From: Candidatus Latescibacterota bacterium
GTDB taxonomy: Bacteria; Latescibacterota; UBA2968
Length of the DNA stretch: 64,000 bases
Reading direction: 5' to 3'
Assembly (NCBI GenBank): GCA_965198115.1
Contig: OZ240241.1
Span: 8,160,001-8,224,000 of the forward strand
Below are positions 12,011-22,556 of this stretch, piece after piece. The notes beneath the pieces were generated by a model. The model was not told where the DNA came from, did no database searches, and saw only the letters and a list, made by a program, of their open reading frames with translations. Both the position numbers and the translations under genes were made by a program. Within the stretch, counting starts at the first letter, position 1, and the number at the start of each line of letters is the position of its first letter.

Positions 12011-13180
12011 TCAGACGACAGACTTGCCGCTTGCGATTTGACGCAACCGATCGACTTCTTCGCTCACACGGCCGACGACGTAATCGACCTCTTCCTGGGT
12101 GTTGAAGCGCCCCAGCCCGAATCGAATGCTGCTTTGCGCGAGGTCTTTGGATAGCCCCATCGCACGCAGCACGTATGAGGGTTCGAGGCTGGCGGACGTG
12201 CACGCCGAGCCCGAGGAGAGGGCAATCTCCCGAAGGCCCATCAGGAGACCCTCACCGTCGACGGCTTCGAAGCTGACGTTCAGGTTGCCCGGCAGTCGCT
12301 TCTCGAGGTGTCCGTTCGGGTGGATGCCCTCGATACGCCCGGTGAGCTGGTCGTGCAAGTCCGTTCGCAGGGCCAACAGCTGTGACGCTTCCTCGGCCAG
12401 CTCGTTCCGGGCGATCCTTGAGGCTTCTCCCAACCCCACGATGCCAGGGACGTTCATCGTTCCGGAACGGAGACCGCGCTCGTGGCCACCGCCATCCATC
12501 TGTGCGATCAGCCGAGGTCGCGGGCGGTTGCGGACGTAGAGTGCCCCTGCTCCTTTGGGTCCGTGAAACTTGTGTGCCGACAACGACAAGAGATCGATCT
12601 GGGCGTCGTTCACGTCGATCGGGATTTTGCCGATGGCCTGGGCAGCGTCGGTGTGGAAGGTGATGCCGCGTTCTCTGCAAAAGTGCCCGATTTCGGAAAA
12701 CGGTTGGACGACGCCCACTTCGTTGTTGGCCACCATGATGGTGATGAGGATCGTGTCGGGTCGGCAGGCCTCTTTCAGTCTGTCGAGGTTGATCAGACCG
12801 TTGGCGTCGACGGGCAGGATGGTGATTTCGAATTCCTGTCGCCGCAGTGCGTCGCAAGAATCGAGCGTGGCGTGGTGTTCGGTGGCCTGGGTGATGATGT
12901 GCCGGCCGCGATCGCGGTTGGCGTGGGCAACGCCCTTGATCGCGAGGTTGCTCGACTCTGTGGCGCCGCTGGTGAAAATGATCTCTTTGGGGGTTGCGTT
13001 CAAGATGGCGGCGACCTGCTCACGGGCGTCCTCGACGGCCGATTCGGCCGTCCATCCGAAGTCGTGCGTGCGACTGGCCGCGTTGCCGTAGGTGTCGGCG
13101 AAGTAGGGGAGCATCACGTCGAGGACGCGGGGATCGACCCGCGTCGTGGCGTGGTTGTCCATGTAGATCGGCAAGTCCAT
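12011..13180 (-). CDS. iscS: Cysteine desulfurase IscS
   Basis: YMDNHATT, SAHKFHGPKG (PLP lysine), SSGSACTSASLEPSYVL. Confidence 0.95.
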   Translation of the reverse strand: MDLPIYMDNHATTRVDPRVLDVMLPYFADTYGNAASRTHDFGWTAESAVEDAREQVAAILNATPKEIIFTSGATESSNLAIKGVAHANRDRGRHIITQATEHHATLDSCDALRRQEFEITILPVDANGLINLDRLKEACRPDTILITIMVANNEVGVVQPFSEIGHFCRERGITFHTDAAQAIGKIPIDVNDAQIDLLSLSAHKFHGPKGAGALYVRNRPRPRLIAQMDGGGHERGLRSGTMNVPGIVGLGEASRIARNELAEEASQLLALRTDLHDQLTGRIEGIHPNGHLEKRLPGNLNVSFEAVDGEGLLMGLREIALSSGSACTSASLEPSYVLRAMGLSKDLAQSSIRFGLGRFNTQEEVDYVVGRVSEEVDRLRQIASGKSVV

Positions 13181-13189
13181 ATGGCGACG

Positions 13190-13218
13190 AATATACTGGA
13201 GGCCCCATGGGGCGTCAA
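13190..13218 (-). promoter_or_regulatory. Sigma70-type promoter of iscS, near-leaderless
   Basis: Minus strand TTGACG-N17-TATATT with only 9 nt between the -10 box and the ATG. Confidence 0.65.
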
Positions 13219-13229
13219 GCGGGCGGTAA

Positions 13230-14517
13230 GGGTTTGCCACGAAATAAGTGCTGCACTTTTCAAGGTAATGATCTTACGCTCGGAGTGTGGACGTCGAAAC
13301 TCTCCGAACGAAGTATGAAGCCTTGGCTCCGGTGCTGACGGAACGCACGCGTCGTCTGTGGGCCGCCACGGAAGCCGAAGCGTTGGGTCACGGTGGGATC
13401 GCGATTGTGGCTCTGGCGACAGGAATGTCCAGAGAGCGGATCTTTCGTGGCATTCAGGAGTTGAGGTCGGACGAACCTTTGGACCCGGCTCGCATCCGGC
13501 GTCCAGGCGGCGGTCGTAAGCGGAAGGCCGACACGGACCCGACGCTGTGGCAGGACCTGAATGATCTGGTCGAGCCAACGACTGCGGGGTCGCCTGACGA
13601 CAATCCTCTGAGATGGACATCGAAGAGCACTCGCAAACTGGCCGCCGAGTTGCAAGCGATGGGGCATTCGGTGAGCCCCAGGATCGTTGCCAATCTCCTG
13701 CACGAACACGATTACACGCTGCAGGCGAATCGGAAGACAAGGGAGGGATCTGCACACCCGGATCGGGACGCTCAGTTCGTTTACCTCGATGATCGGATTA
13801 GCCAGCAGCAGCAGCAGGGCCTTCCCGTTATCTCGGTGGACACCAAGAAGAAAGAGTTGATCGGCGACTTCAAGAATCCTGGCCGAGAATGGCGACCCAA
13901 GGGAGACCCGGAGCGTGTGAAGGTACACGATTTCATAGTGCCTGCTCAGGGCAAGGCGATCCCTTATGGAGTGTATGATCTGAGCCGTGATGAAGGCTGG
14001 GTAAGTGTCGGTATCGATCACGACACGGCCAGCTTCGCCGTGAATGCGATCCGAAGTTGGTGGAAGAACATGGGACGGCCCGCCTACGGCACTTCGACGC
14101 ATCTGCTAATCACGGCGGACGCAGGCGGCAGCAACGGCGCCAAGACGCGGCTGTGGAAGTGGGAGCTGCAGCGCTTTGCGAATCGCACTGGCCTGACGAT
14201 CACCGTATGCCACTACCCTCCTGGCACTAGTAAGTGGAACAAGATCGAACATCGCCTGTTCTCCTTCATCGCTATGAACTGGCAAGGCAAGCCCCTGGTC
14301 AGCCTGGCTGCAACCGTGAATCTCATTGCCGGAACGACCACTCAAGCCGGTCTCCGAGTACGAGATCGACAAGCGACCCTACCCTAACGGGGTCAAGGTG
14401 ACCGATGAACAGATGACCCAAATCGATCTCACTCCGCACGATTTCCACGGCGACTGGAACTACACGATCCGGCCAATGGCTCAACATTGAGATCGACCGT
14501 TTATTTATTCCGAACCC
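13230..14517 (+). mobile_element. ISAzo13-family IS, copy 1 (1288 bp)
   Basis: Ends GGGTTTGCC.../...CCGAACCC; 3-bp TAA target duplication (13227-29 and 14518-20); near-identical to 51746-53038. Confidence 0.92.
13287..14490 (+). pseudogene. ISAzo13 DDE transposase, frameshifted near the C-terminus
   Basis: ISVDTKKKELIG, ADAGGSNG, PPGTSKWNKIEHRLFS; 5-bp deletion at ~14362 relative to copy 2. Confidence 0.85.
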
Positions 14518-14539
14518 TAAACGACTGATTGATCGTGGG

Positions 14540-15469
14540 TTATCGTTCGTTCCCGCGACCCAGAAGAGCCTCCACGAAGCGATCGGGATCGAACGGCTGC
14601 AGGTCGTCCTCACGCTCGCCGAGCCCCACTAGACGAACGGGCACATCCAGTTCTTCCGCGACGGCGATGACGACCCCGCCCTTGGCTGTTCCGTCGAGCT
14701 TGGCCAGGACGACTCCGGTCAGGACGACGTCGCGGTGGAATGCCCGGGCCTGCTCGACGGCGTTCTGTCCCGTCGTGGCGTCCAGGACCAGCAGCGTTTC
14801 GTGTGGTGCGCCCTCGACGGCTCGGGACAGGACGCGGTGGATTTTTTTGAGTTCTTCCATGAGGTGGACCTTGGTGTGCAGCCGGCCTGCGGTGTCGATC
14901 AATACGACGTCGACCCGTCGAGCCACGGCGGCCTCCATCGCATCGTAGGCGACAGACGCCGCGTCGGCGCCGGCCTGATGTCGAACGATGTCGGCACCCG
15001 TCCTCCGGGCCCAGACTTCGAGCTGATCGATCGCGGCTGCACGGAACGTGTCACACGCGGCGATCAGAACGCGTTTTCCGTCGTCGGCGAAGCGCTTTGA
15101 GAGTTTGCCGATCGTCGTCGTTTTGCCGGCACCGTTGACGCCCACGATGAGGATGACGGTCGGGTTGTGGGACAGGTCGATCGGGGCGGGTGAGGTCAGG
15201 GTGCCGCTCAGTTCGGTGGCGAGGACGTCGAACACCCCTCCTTCGAGATCCTCTGCGTCGCCGGTCCCGTAGCGCTCGCGGAGACGGTCGATGAGGCGCA
15301 GAGATGTCTCGACCCCGATGTCGGCCTGGATCAGGATCTCTTCGATCTCCTCGAGGGTGTCTTCATCGAGCCTGGGTTTGCCCTCGACGATCTCTCTGAT
15401 GCGCTCGACGACCGACTCACGCGTCTTCGCCAGCCCCTCTCTGAACTTGCTCAGAATCCCCCCAAGCAT
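14540..15469 (-). CDS. ftsY: SRP receptor FtsY
   Basis: GVNGAGKTTT, DTFRAAA, DTAGR, KLDGTAKGG. Confidence 0.97.
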   Translation of the reverse strand: MLGGILSKFREGLAKTRESVVERIREIVEGKPRLDEDTLEEIEEILIQADIGVETSLRLIDRLRERYGTGDAEDLEGGVFDVLATELSGTLTSPAPIDLSHNPTVILIVGVNGAGKTTTIGKLSKRFADDGKRVLIAACDTFRAAAIDQLEVWARRTGADIVRHQAGADAASVAYDAMEAAVARRVDVVLIDTAGRLHTKVHLMEELKKIHRVLSRAVEGAPHETLLVLDATTGQNAVEQARAFHRDVVLTGVVLAKLDGTAKGGVVIAVAEELDVPVRLVGLGEREDDLQPFDPDRFVEALLGRGNER

Positions 15470-15598
15470 CGTCTCTCCTTCGGTCCTCGTCGTGGCGTTG
15501 CGCGCAGGTGCGAAACGGAGAAGGCCGACCCATTCAGGTCGGCCTGTGTGCTGTTGCGATCGGGAGTCGTACTTCCCGAGTCGGGATCGGGCGGAATC

Positions 15599-16480
15599 CT
15601 ATTCCAGGAGTTCGAGAATTCGATTGAGGTCATCCATCGAATAGAACTCGATCTCGATCCGACCCACCTTGCCCTTTTGATTGATGTGAACGGCTGTTCC
15701 GAGGTGCCGGCGTAGCTTTTCCTCGGCATCGGCGACGAGCGGATCCATCGGCGGTCTACGCGTTGTCGGTTTGGACGGGGCCGGGCCTTGCCGCGCTTCT
15801 TTGACGAGGGCCTCCACGCGACGGACGGACAGCCCCTTGGCGACGATGTCTCGACAGAGAAGGATGCGCGCATCGTCGTCGTCCAGCCCGAGCAGCGCGC
15901 GCGCGTGGCCTGCGGAAATCTCGCCCGACTCGAGTGCGTCACGGACGATGTCGGGAAGCGAGAGGAGGCGAAGCGTGTTCGTGATGGTCGAACGGTCCTT
16001 CGAGACGCGCTCGGCGACCTCTTCCTGAGTGAGGAAACATTCTTCGATCAGACTGCGATAGGCGCGGGCCTCCTCGACGGGGTTGAGATCCTCTCGCTGG
16101 ATGTTCTCGATGAGCGAGAGCTCCATCATCTCTTCGTCGGAGTTGACGTCCACGACGATCGCCGAAATGGTTTCGAGTCCCACAATTCGGCTGGCGCGCA
16201 GGCGCCGTTCTCCGGCGATCAGCTGATAGCCGGACCCCCATCGCCGGATGTTGATCGGCTGAAGCAGTCCCTTTTTCCGAATCGAGTCGGCCAGTTCCTC
16301 GACAGAGTCGTCGTCGAACCGCTCCCGAGGCTGATGGGGGTTGGGTTCTATCGAGTCGATCGATATCTGGAGGATGGACTGGCCGTCTGGCGGCGAGTCC
16401 GAACCGTTTCCGCCAGTGGCCTCGTCGGCGCCCGGTATCAGCGCGCCGAGACCCTTGCCGAGGGCCTGTCGCTTAGCCAT
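15599..16480 (-). CDS. parB: Chromosome partitioning protein ParB/Spo0J
   Basis: ALGKGLGALI, NPHQPR, IAGERRLRA, ENIQREDLNPVEEA, HTH. Confidence 0.96.
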   Translation of the reverse strand: MAKRQALGKGLGALIPGADEATGGNGSDSPPDGQSILQISIDSIEPNPHQPRERFDDDSVEELADSIRKKGLLQPINIRRWGSGYQLIAGERRLRASRIVGLETISAIVVDVNSDEEMMELSLIENIQREDLNPVEEARAYRSLIEECFLTQEEVAERVSKDRSTITNTLRLLSLPDIVRDALESGEISAGHARALLGLDDDDARILLCRDIVAKGLSVRRVEALVKEARQGPAPSKPTTRRPPMDPLVADAEEKLRRHLGTAVHINQKGKVGRIEIEFYSMDDLNRILELLE

Positions 16481-17234
16481 GCTCGAGTACCTCCCCGGCC
16501 AGACTGATGTAGTTCTGTGCGCCCGCGGACATGATGTCGTAGAGGATCACGGGCTTTCCAAAGCTGGGGGCCTCGCCCAGTTTGACGTTGCGCCCGATGA
16601 CCGTTTTATAGACGCGCTCGCCAAAGTGATTGCGCGCCTCGTCGGCGACCTGCCGTGACAGGTTGAGCCGACCGTCGAACATCGTAAGCAGGACGCCTTC
16701 GACCTGGAGCTTGGGATTGAGGTGCTTCTGTACGAGACCGAGTGTGTTCATGAGCTTGCTCAGCCCTTCGAGGGCGTAGTATTCGCACTGGATGGGAATC
16801 AGGACCGAGTCGGCCGCCGTGAGGGCGTTGAGGGTGAGCAGACCCAGAGACGGAGGGCAATCGATGATGATGTAGTCGTAGGCGTCACGCGCCGCTTCGA
16901 GGGCCTCTTCGAGCTTTCGGTCTCGAGAGATGGCACCGACCATCTCGACTTCGGCACCCGTGAGGCGAATGTGAGAGGGCGCCAAACAGAGGAAGGGGAC
17001 TTCCGTTTCCTGGACGATGTCGGTGAGTGGCTGATCCTGCACGAGCACTTCGTAGATGCAGGGGCTGCTCTCGTCGAGGACGGTTCCGTAGCCGCTGGTC
17101 GCGTTGGCCTGTGGGTCCATGTCGATCAGCAGCGTCTTCTTTTCTGCGACAGCGACACAGGCGGCGAGGTTGACGGACGTGGTCGTCTTGCCGACGCCGC
17201 CCTTCTGGTTGGCGACTGCGATGATTCGGGCCAT
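16473..17234 (-). CDS. parA: Chromosome partitioning ATPase ParA/Soj
   Basis: NQKGGVGKTTT, DPQANAT, DCPPSLG, QCEYYALEG. Confidence 0.97.
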   Translation of the reverse strand: MARIIAVANQKGGVGKTTTSVNLAACVAVAEKKTLLIDMDPQANATSGYGTVLDESSPCIYEVLVQDQPLTDIVQETEVPFLCLAPSHIRLTGAEVEMVGAISRDRKLEEALEAARDAYDYIIIDCPPSLGLLTLNALTAADSVLIPIQCEYYALEGLSKLMNTLGLVQKHLNPKLQVEGVLLTMFDGRLNLSRQVADEARNHFGERVYKTVIGRNVKLGEAPSFGKPVILYDIMSAGAQNYISLAGEVLEHG

Positions 17235-17332
17235 GTGGGTGCTCTTGTGGCGGGTGAGACGACGGGGAACGGCAGTAGCAGGGGAAGACGGCTGGAGAGC
17301 CAGAAGGAAATGTCCCGGGGAAGGACTTTCAG

Positions 17333-17361
17333 AATATAGGCGATGGCCACATACTGCGCAA
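17333..17361 (-). promoter_or_regulatory. Sigma70-type promoter upstream of parA
   Basis: Minus strand TTGCGC-N17-TATATT. Confidence 0.55.
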
Positions 17362-17523
17362 GCACGGAGGGGTTACACAAGATATTGGGTTTGGCTGAGT
17401 CAGACCCTACGGACGCTATGCGATGAACCCGCACAGGAAGAGAGCGGGGGATCGGGAGCGTATGTGGGCGGGTGACATTGAGATCGCCTGCTCTCCCGCT
17501 CTCCCGCTCGCACGCTCCTGGTT

Positions 17524-17995
17524 CTACTCCTCCCCATCGTAATAGTTCAGACCTTCCGAGCGAATCAGCCGACGATCGGACGAGCCACTTCTGACTGTCG
17601 GGATAGTGACAGGACTCACCGATCGGGTTGTCGGCCACGACGAACAGGACCAGGTCCTCCACACCATTGTTCGTGAGCTGATGCGGTTGGTCGGGTGGGA
17701 ACAGGAATGCGTCACCCCGGCCGATGGCGGTCGTTCCGTCTTCGTGTCGGACGAGGCCACTGCCGGACAGGACGTGATAGAACTCCCATTGGGCGCTGTG
17801 AGAGTGGTAGGGGTAGGGGCTCTTGCCCGGGGGAATGCGACAGATCTCCACGTCGAATGGATGGCGCTCGGCGATGTCCGTCGAGTCCCGGACGCGTCCG
17901 AGTGCCTCCGAAATCTGCCTGCCGGCGCCCTCGAACGTCCCCTTGGGAGAGGTCCACGACAACTCCTCGACGTCGTCCGCGTTGACTTTTAGCAC
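17524..17995 (-). pseudogene. Cupin-domain protein, frameshifted near 17575
   Basis: PYHSHSAQWEFYHV...PHQL cupin motifs; the C-terminus (RRLIRSEGLNYYDGEE*) lies in another frame; GTG start with GAGG RBS. Confidence 0.75.
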
Positions 17996-18049
17996 GATGG
18001 TCCTCGTTGCGTGATGTCCCGTTGAGACGCGGGATGAAATGGAAGCGCA

Positions 18050-18078
18050 AAGCCCCCCGGCGGTCGGCCGGAGGGCTT
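18050..18078 (-). terminator. Probable terminator after ppdK
   Basis: Minus strand AAGCCCTCCGG-loop-CCGGGGGGCTT(T). Confidence 0.55.
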
Positions 18079-18101
18079 CGCAATACGCTCGAGCGTCGAT
18101 G

Positions 18102-20768
18102 CTACGCCAGCGCGGCCTGGGCCGCGGCCAGCCGGGCGATCGGCACGCGGTAGGGCGAGCAGGAGACGTAGTCCATGCCGACGTTGTGGCAGAAGTGCAC
18201 CGAGTCGGGGTCCCCGCCGTGTTCGCCGCAGATGCCGACCTTGAGTGCTTTGCGACTCTTCCGGCCACGCTGCGTTCCGACTTCGACGAGCTGACCGACG
18301 CCGGCCTGGTCGAGCGATTGGAACGGATCCTGAGGGAGAATGCCCTTGTCGATGTACTCGGCGAGGAACGCACCGGCATCGTCACGCGAGTAGCCAAAGG
18401 TCATCTGGGTCAGGTCGTTCGTTCCGAAGCTGAAGAACTCGGCGGACCGAGCGATCTCGTCGGCGACGAGGGCGGCGCGTGGAATCTCGATCATCGTGCC
18501 CACGAGGTACTTGAAGGTCGTTTTCTTTTCTTTCATGACTTCTTTGGCAACCCGATCCGTCATCTCGCGAAGGTCGGTGAATTCGCGAATCGTGCCGACA
18601 AGCGGGATCATCACTTCGGGCAACGCGTCGACGCGCTTTTTTCGAACGTTGGCGACGGCTTCGAAAATAGCACGGGCCTGCATCTCGTAGATTTCGGGAT
18701 AGGTGATACCGAGACGACAGCCTCGATGGCCGAGCATGGGGTTGAATTCCCTGAGGGCCTCGACTTTGTCGCGGATGACCCGCGGGGTCACTTTCATCTG
18801 CTTGGCCATTTCGGTCTGCGCGTCTTTGTCGTGGGGCAGGAACTCGTGCAGAGGTGGATCGAGCAGCCGGATGGTGACGGGCAGGCCCTTCATGGCTCTG
18901 AAGATGCCCTCGAAGTCGCCGCGCTGGATAGGCAGGAGCTTGCCGAGGGCGCGACGCCGGCCGGTTTCATCGTCGGCGAGAATCATTTCCCGCACCCATC
19001 GGATGCGATCGCCTTCGAAGAACATGTGTTCCGTACGGCAGAGGCCGATGCCCTGGGCGCCGAACTTCCGCGCGACGGCGGAATCGTGCGGCGTGTCGGC
19101 GTTCGTGCGGACGTCGAGCTTGCGGACGTCGTCCGCCCACTTCATCAGTGTGGCGAAGTTTCCCGAAAGCTTCGGTTCCTGCGTCGGAACCTGGCCGAGC
19201 ATGACTTCACCCGAACTTCCGTCGAGCGAAATCCAGTCCCCTGCCTTGACGGTCGTTCCACTGACGGAGAACACTTCCTTACGGTAGTCGATCGACAGGT
19301 CGCCGCATCCCGCGACACAGCACTTGCCCATGCCACGGGCCACGACGGCCGCGTGACTGGTCATCCCACCGCGCGCGGTGAGGATGCCCTGGGCGGCGTT
19401 CATGCCGCCAATGTCCTCGGGCGAAGTCTCCAGGCGAACGAGGATGACCTTCTCGTCCTTGGCAGCCTGGGTTTCCGCATCCTCCGCACTGAAGACGACA
19501 TGACCGGTTGCCGCACCGGGCGAAGCTGGGAGCCCCTTCGTCAGAACCCTCTTCTGGGCGCGGGGATCGAAGGTCGGGTGCAGAAGCTGGTCGAGCTGGG
19601 CGGGGTCGATCCGCTCGATGGCTTCGTTCTTGGTGATGAGCCGCTCCTTGACCATGTCCGTCGCGATCTTGAGGGCCGCTGCCGCCGTGCGCTTGCCCGT
19701 GCGTGTCTGCAGCATCCAGAGTCGGCCTTCCTGCACGGTGAATTCGATGTCCTGCATGTCGCGGTAGTGTTTTTCGAGCGTCTTGTAGATCCGGGTGAGC
19801 GTCTTATACGCCCCGGGCAGCCGTCGGGACATTCTGGCGACCGGTTCGGGCGTCCTCACACCGGCGACGACGTCTTCGCCCTGGGCGTTTATGAGATACT
19901 CGCCGTAGAACTTTCGCTCGCCCGTCGAAGGATTCCGTGTGAAGGCGACGCCGGTGGCGCAGTCGTTGCCCATGTTTCCGTAAACCATAGACTGGACGTT
20001 GACCGCCGTGCCCCACTCGTGGGGAATGCTGTTGATGTTTCGGTAGATGATGGCGCGAGCCCCGTTCCAGGAGCCGAAGACGGCGCTGATGCCGCCCCAC
20101 AGCTGTTCCATCGGGTCTTCGGGAAAAGCCCGTCCTGCCCGCCGCTTGACGATGGCTTTAAAATCGGCCGTCAGCTTCTTGAGGTCGTTGGTGGTGAGTT
20201 CGGTGTCGAGGGTGACGCCCCGTCGCTCTTTAATGCGGTCGATAGCGACCTCGAACGGGTCGTGCTCCTTGCCTTCGGCGGCGACTCCCATGACGACATC
20301 GCCGTAGGTCTGTATGAATCGTCTGTAGGCGTCCCAAACGAACCGCTCGTTTCCCGATTTCGCGATCAGTCCTTCTGCGATCTCGTCGTTCAACCCCAAG
20401 TTCAAAACCGTTTCCATCATGCCGGGCATGGAGACGCGCGCCCCGGATCGAACGGACAGTAGAAGCGGGTTGTCGGGGTTCCCGAACTCGCCGCCCATTA
20501 CTTTCTCGATCTTTTTGATGTTGGTCGCGACCTGTGAACGGAGTTCGCGGGGATAGTTCTCCCCGTGGTCGTAATAGTAGGTGCAGACTTCGGTCGTGAT
20601 CGTGAAACCGGCGGGCACCGGGAGTCCGATGGTCGCCATCTCGCCGAGGTTTGCGCCCTTCCCGCCGAGCAGATTCCGCATCTGCCCCTTGCCGTCTGCC
20701 TTACCGTCGCCAAAAAAGTAGACGAGCTTCTTACGCGACGGCCTGGAAGCTTTTTTGGCCTTAGCCAT
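18102..20768 (-). CDS. ppdK: Pyruvate, phosphate dikinase
   Basis: [44 protein letters not shown]; AGGAGG RBS before MAKAKK. Confidence 0.98.
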   Translation of the reverse strand: MAKAKKASRPSRKKLVYFFGDGKADGKGQMRNLLGGKGANLGEMATIGLPVPAGFTITTEVCTYYYDHGENYPRELRSQVATNIKKIEKVMGGEFGNPDNPLLLSVRSGARVSMPGMMETVLNLGLNDEIAEGLIAKSGNERFVWDAYRRFIQTYGDVVMGVAAEGKEHDPFEVAIDRIKERRGVTLDTELTTNDLKKLTADFKAIVKRRAGRAFPEDPMEQLWGGISAVFGSWNGARAIIYRNINSIPHEWGTAVNVQSMVYGNMGNDCATGVAFTRNPSTGERKFYGEYLINAQGEDVVAGVRTPEPVARMSRRLPGAYKTLTRIYKTLEKHYRDMQDIEFTVQEGRLWMLQTRTGKRTAAAALKIATDMVKERLITKNEAIERIDPAQLDQLLHPTFDPRAQKRVLTKGLPASPGAATGHVVFSAEDAETQAAKDEKVILVRLETSPEDIGGMNAAQGILTARGGMTSHAAVVARGMGKCCVAGCGDLSIDYRKEVFSVSGTTVKAGDWISLDGSSGEVMLGQVPTQEPKLSGNFATLMKWADDVRKLDVRTNADTPHDSAVARKFGAQGIGLCRTEHMFFEGDRIRWVREMILADDETGRRRALGKLLPIQRGDFEGIFRAMKGLPVTIRLLDPPLHEFLPHDKDAQTEMAKQMKVTPRVIRDKVEALREFNPMLGHRGCRLGITYPEIYEMQARAIFEAVANVRKKRVDALPEVMIPLVGTIREFTDLREMTDRVAKEVMKEKKTTFKYLVGTMIEIPRAALVADEIARSAEFFSFGTNDLTQMTFGYSRDDAGAFLAEYIDKGILPQDPFQSLDQAGVGQLVEVGTQRGRKSRKALKVGICGEHGGDPDSVHFCHNVGMDYVSCSPYRVPIARLAAAQAALA

Positions 20769-20878
20769 GTGTTCCTCCTGTGACTCACCAACATCCCGCA
20801 CCCGGAACCCGAAACACGAGCACTCTACACGGCGATGCGAAGTCAAAGTCGTGATTTTTGGTTGCTTACAGACCGCCA

Positions 20879-20907
20879 AATATATGGGGGGGACGTAGCT
20901 GGATCAA
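20879..20907 (-). promoter_or_regulatory. Sigma70-type promoter of ppdK
   Basis: Minus strand TTGATC-N17-TATATT. Confidence 0.6.
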
Positions 20908-20928
20908 GCCGGATATAGGCGAGAACGC

Positions 20929-22143
20929 CTACTGAACCGAGGTCGACTCGGTCGAATCGCTGGAGGTGTGGACGACTTTCTGGTCGGTCTCGACGGAGCC
21001 GTCGACGACCGGTTGGGTTGGTGATTCGGGGGGGCTGGCCGGCGTCTCCTTCTTCCGTCCGGCTTCGACCGCGCTGCGGTTTTCCATACCGAGGAGGGTC
21101 TTGAGGATGCTCCGCTGCCCCACGATGACGCGGAGGTCGGCGGTGGAACCGTATCGGAGGGGAATCGGCGTTTCTTTGATGGCGACGTGGATTTCGAACG
21201 TGCGCGCGCCACCGTCGTTGGCCGCGTATCCGGATATGACCGAAACTTCCCCGATTCCGACGAAGTCTTCCCGGTCCGTGAACAGGTTGCTCAGGATTTC
21301 GACGGGGTTGCCAACCTGAACCTTCCACGCACTCGTTTCGCCGATCCACGCCTCGATGATGGGCTCGCGTCCTTCGCCCGCGATGATCAGGACGATGGCA
21401 CCCTGGTTGGCGAGCATACCGGGATGCAGATCGCGTCGGATGACGACACCATCTGTCGTCGCGCGTAGCGTCGTCAGGTTCGTGGCTTCGTGCGTCGCCG
21501 CCAGATGCTGGCGAGATCTACCCAAACTCGCTTCCGCCTGGCGTACCTCTGCGCCTGCCTGCTCGATTTCGGCATCGGAGGGACCACGACGGACGAGGTT
21601 GAAATTTTCGGAGGCGACCTTCAGATTCGCCCGGGCAAGTTCGTGATTGGTCTGGGCCCGTTCCATCTCCTCCTGGCTCCAGAGCCGCTCGCCCAGGTAG
21701 AGGTGCTGGGCTCGTTTGAGATCTTGCGCGCGTGCCACGAGGCTGATCTCGGCCTGCTCCAGACGCGACTCCGCGATGCGCAATTCCTCCGGCGTCGGTT
21801 GTTCACGAAGGATGGCCAGCCTCCCCTGCACGACGGCCAGGTTCGCCTCGGCCCCCTTGACTTCTTTCTCGGCGCTGGCAACGGCACTCCGAAGGTCGCC
21901 ATCGTAGAGTTGTGCCACGACCTGTCCGACCGACACGGTGTCTCCAGGAACGACGAGCACACGATCGACGACGCGATTGAGCGGCGAATCGATGTAAATC
22001 TTGGCACCCGGCTCGACGATACCCTGAGCCATGACGACATCGTCGATGTCGATGAGAGAGAGGATGAGCGTTAGGACCGCAATCGGGCCGAAGGTCCAGC
22101 CGAGCCATCTGATGGCCCGCTGCTTGTTGCGTCTGCGCATCAC
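20929..22143 (-). CDS. HlyD-family membrane fusion (periplasmic adaptor) protein
   Basis: N-terminal TM segment, lipoyl half-motifs (VLVVPGDTVSVGQVV, LRATTDGVV), long coiled coil. Confidence 0.85.
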   Translation of the reverse strand: MMRRRNKQRAIRWLGWTFGPIAVLTLILSLIDIDDVVMAQGIVEPGAKIYIDSPLNRVVDRVLVVPGDTVSVGQVVAQLYDGDLRSAVASAEKEVKGAEANLAVVQGRLAILREQPTPEELRIAESRLEQAEISLVARAQDLKRAQHLYLGERLWSQEEMERAQTNHELARANLKVASENFNLVRRGPSDAEIEQAGAEVRQAEASLGRSRQHLAATHEATNLTTLRATTDGVVIRRDLHPGMLANQGAIVLIIAGEGREPIIEAWIGETSAWKVQVGNPVEILSNLFTDREDFVGIGEVSVISGYAANDGGARTFEIHVAIKETPIPLRYGSTADLRVIVGQRSILKTLLGMENRSAVEAGRKKETPASPPESPTQPVVDGSVETDQKVVHTSSDSTESTSVQ

Positions 22144-22162
22144 GGCGATTCAGGCCTTATTC

Positions 22163-22191
22163 TTGACACACGATCGGCGCTCTTCTATGTT
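22163..22191 (+). promoter_or_regulatory. Promoter of tRNA-Lys
   Basis: TTGACA-N17-TATGTT. Confidence 0.7.
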
Positions 22192-22205
22192 ATCGCTCCG
22201 GATGG

Positions 22206-22280
22206 GGGCCCGTAGCTCAGTGGTAGAGCAGCGGCCTTTTAAGCCGTTGGTCGAAGGTTCAAGTCCTTCCGGGCTCACCA
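22206..22280 (+). tRNA. tRNA-Lys (TTT)
   Basis: Acceptor stem GGGCCCG/CGGGCTC, D arm AGCTCAGTGGTAGAGC, anticodon loop CTTTTAA, T loop GTTCAAGTC, encoded CCA. Confidence 0.97.
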
Positions 22281-22303
22281 TTCCGGTTTCGCCGCCGATA
22301 TAA

Positions 22304-22328
22304 AATAAGGCCCTTCCCGGGCCTTATT
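22304..22328 (+). terminator. Hairpin/terminator after tRNA-Lys
   Basis: AATAAGGCCC-TTCCC-GGGCCTTATT. Confidence 0.65.
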
Positions 22329-22489
22329 CTATTAGATAGGGTATCAAAGTCGGGCGAACCCTTCCATAAAAGTAGCCCCTAACTTCTTGAAAGTCAAGAA
22401 TTCATTGGCGAATTTTTATCAGTAAAGCTAATGATTGTCGTGGTCGATTCTTGCCTTTTTATCCGATTCGAGCCAGAGCGAGTCACGTC

Positions 22490-22518
22490 TTGACTTCCGA
22501 TATTCCAATTAATATATT
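22490..22518 (+). promoter_or_regulatory. Promoter of cysH
   Basis: TTGACT-N17-TATATT in an AT-rich intergenic region. Confidence 0.65.
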
Positions 22519-22556
22519 TTGGGTCGGAATACTCAACAATAAGGTCAGGGTGCCTC

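Noticed and set aside
15470-17520. parS site or replication origin near parAB
   Set aside because: No TGTTTCACGTGAAACA-like palindrome or DnaA-box cluster recognised
17440-17520. GC-rich imperfect palindrome with CTCCCGCT repeats (REP/MITE-like)
   Set aside because: Only one copy seen in the window and pairing is imperfect
18039-20462. 807-aa plus-strand ORF and similar long antisense ORFs (e.g. 9682-10800, 54969-56597, 46648-47922, 28337-30343)
   Set aside because: Shadow or alternative-frame ORFs overlapping well-supported genes; expected in high-GC DNA
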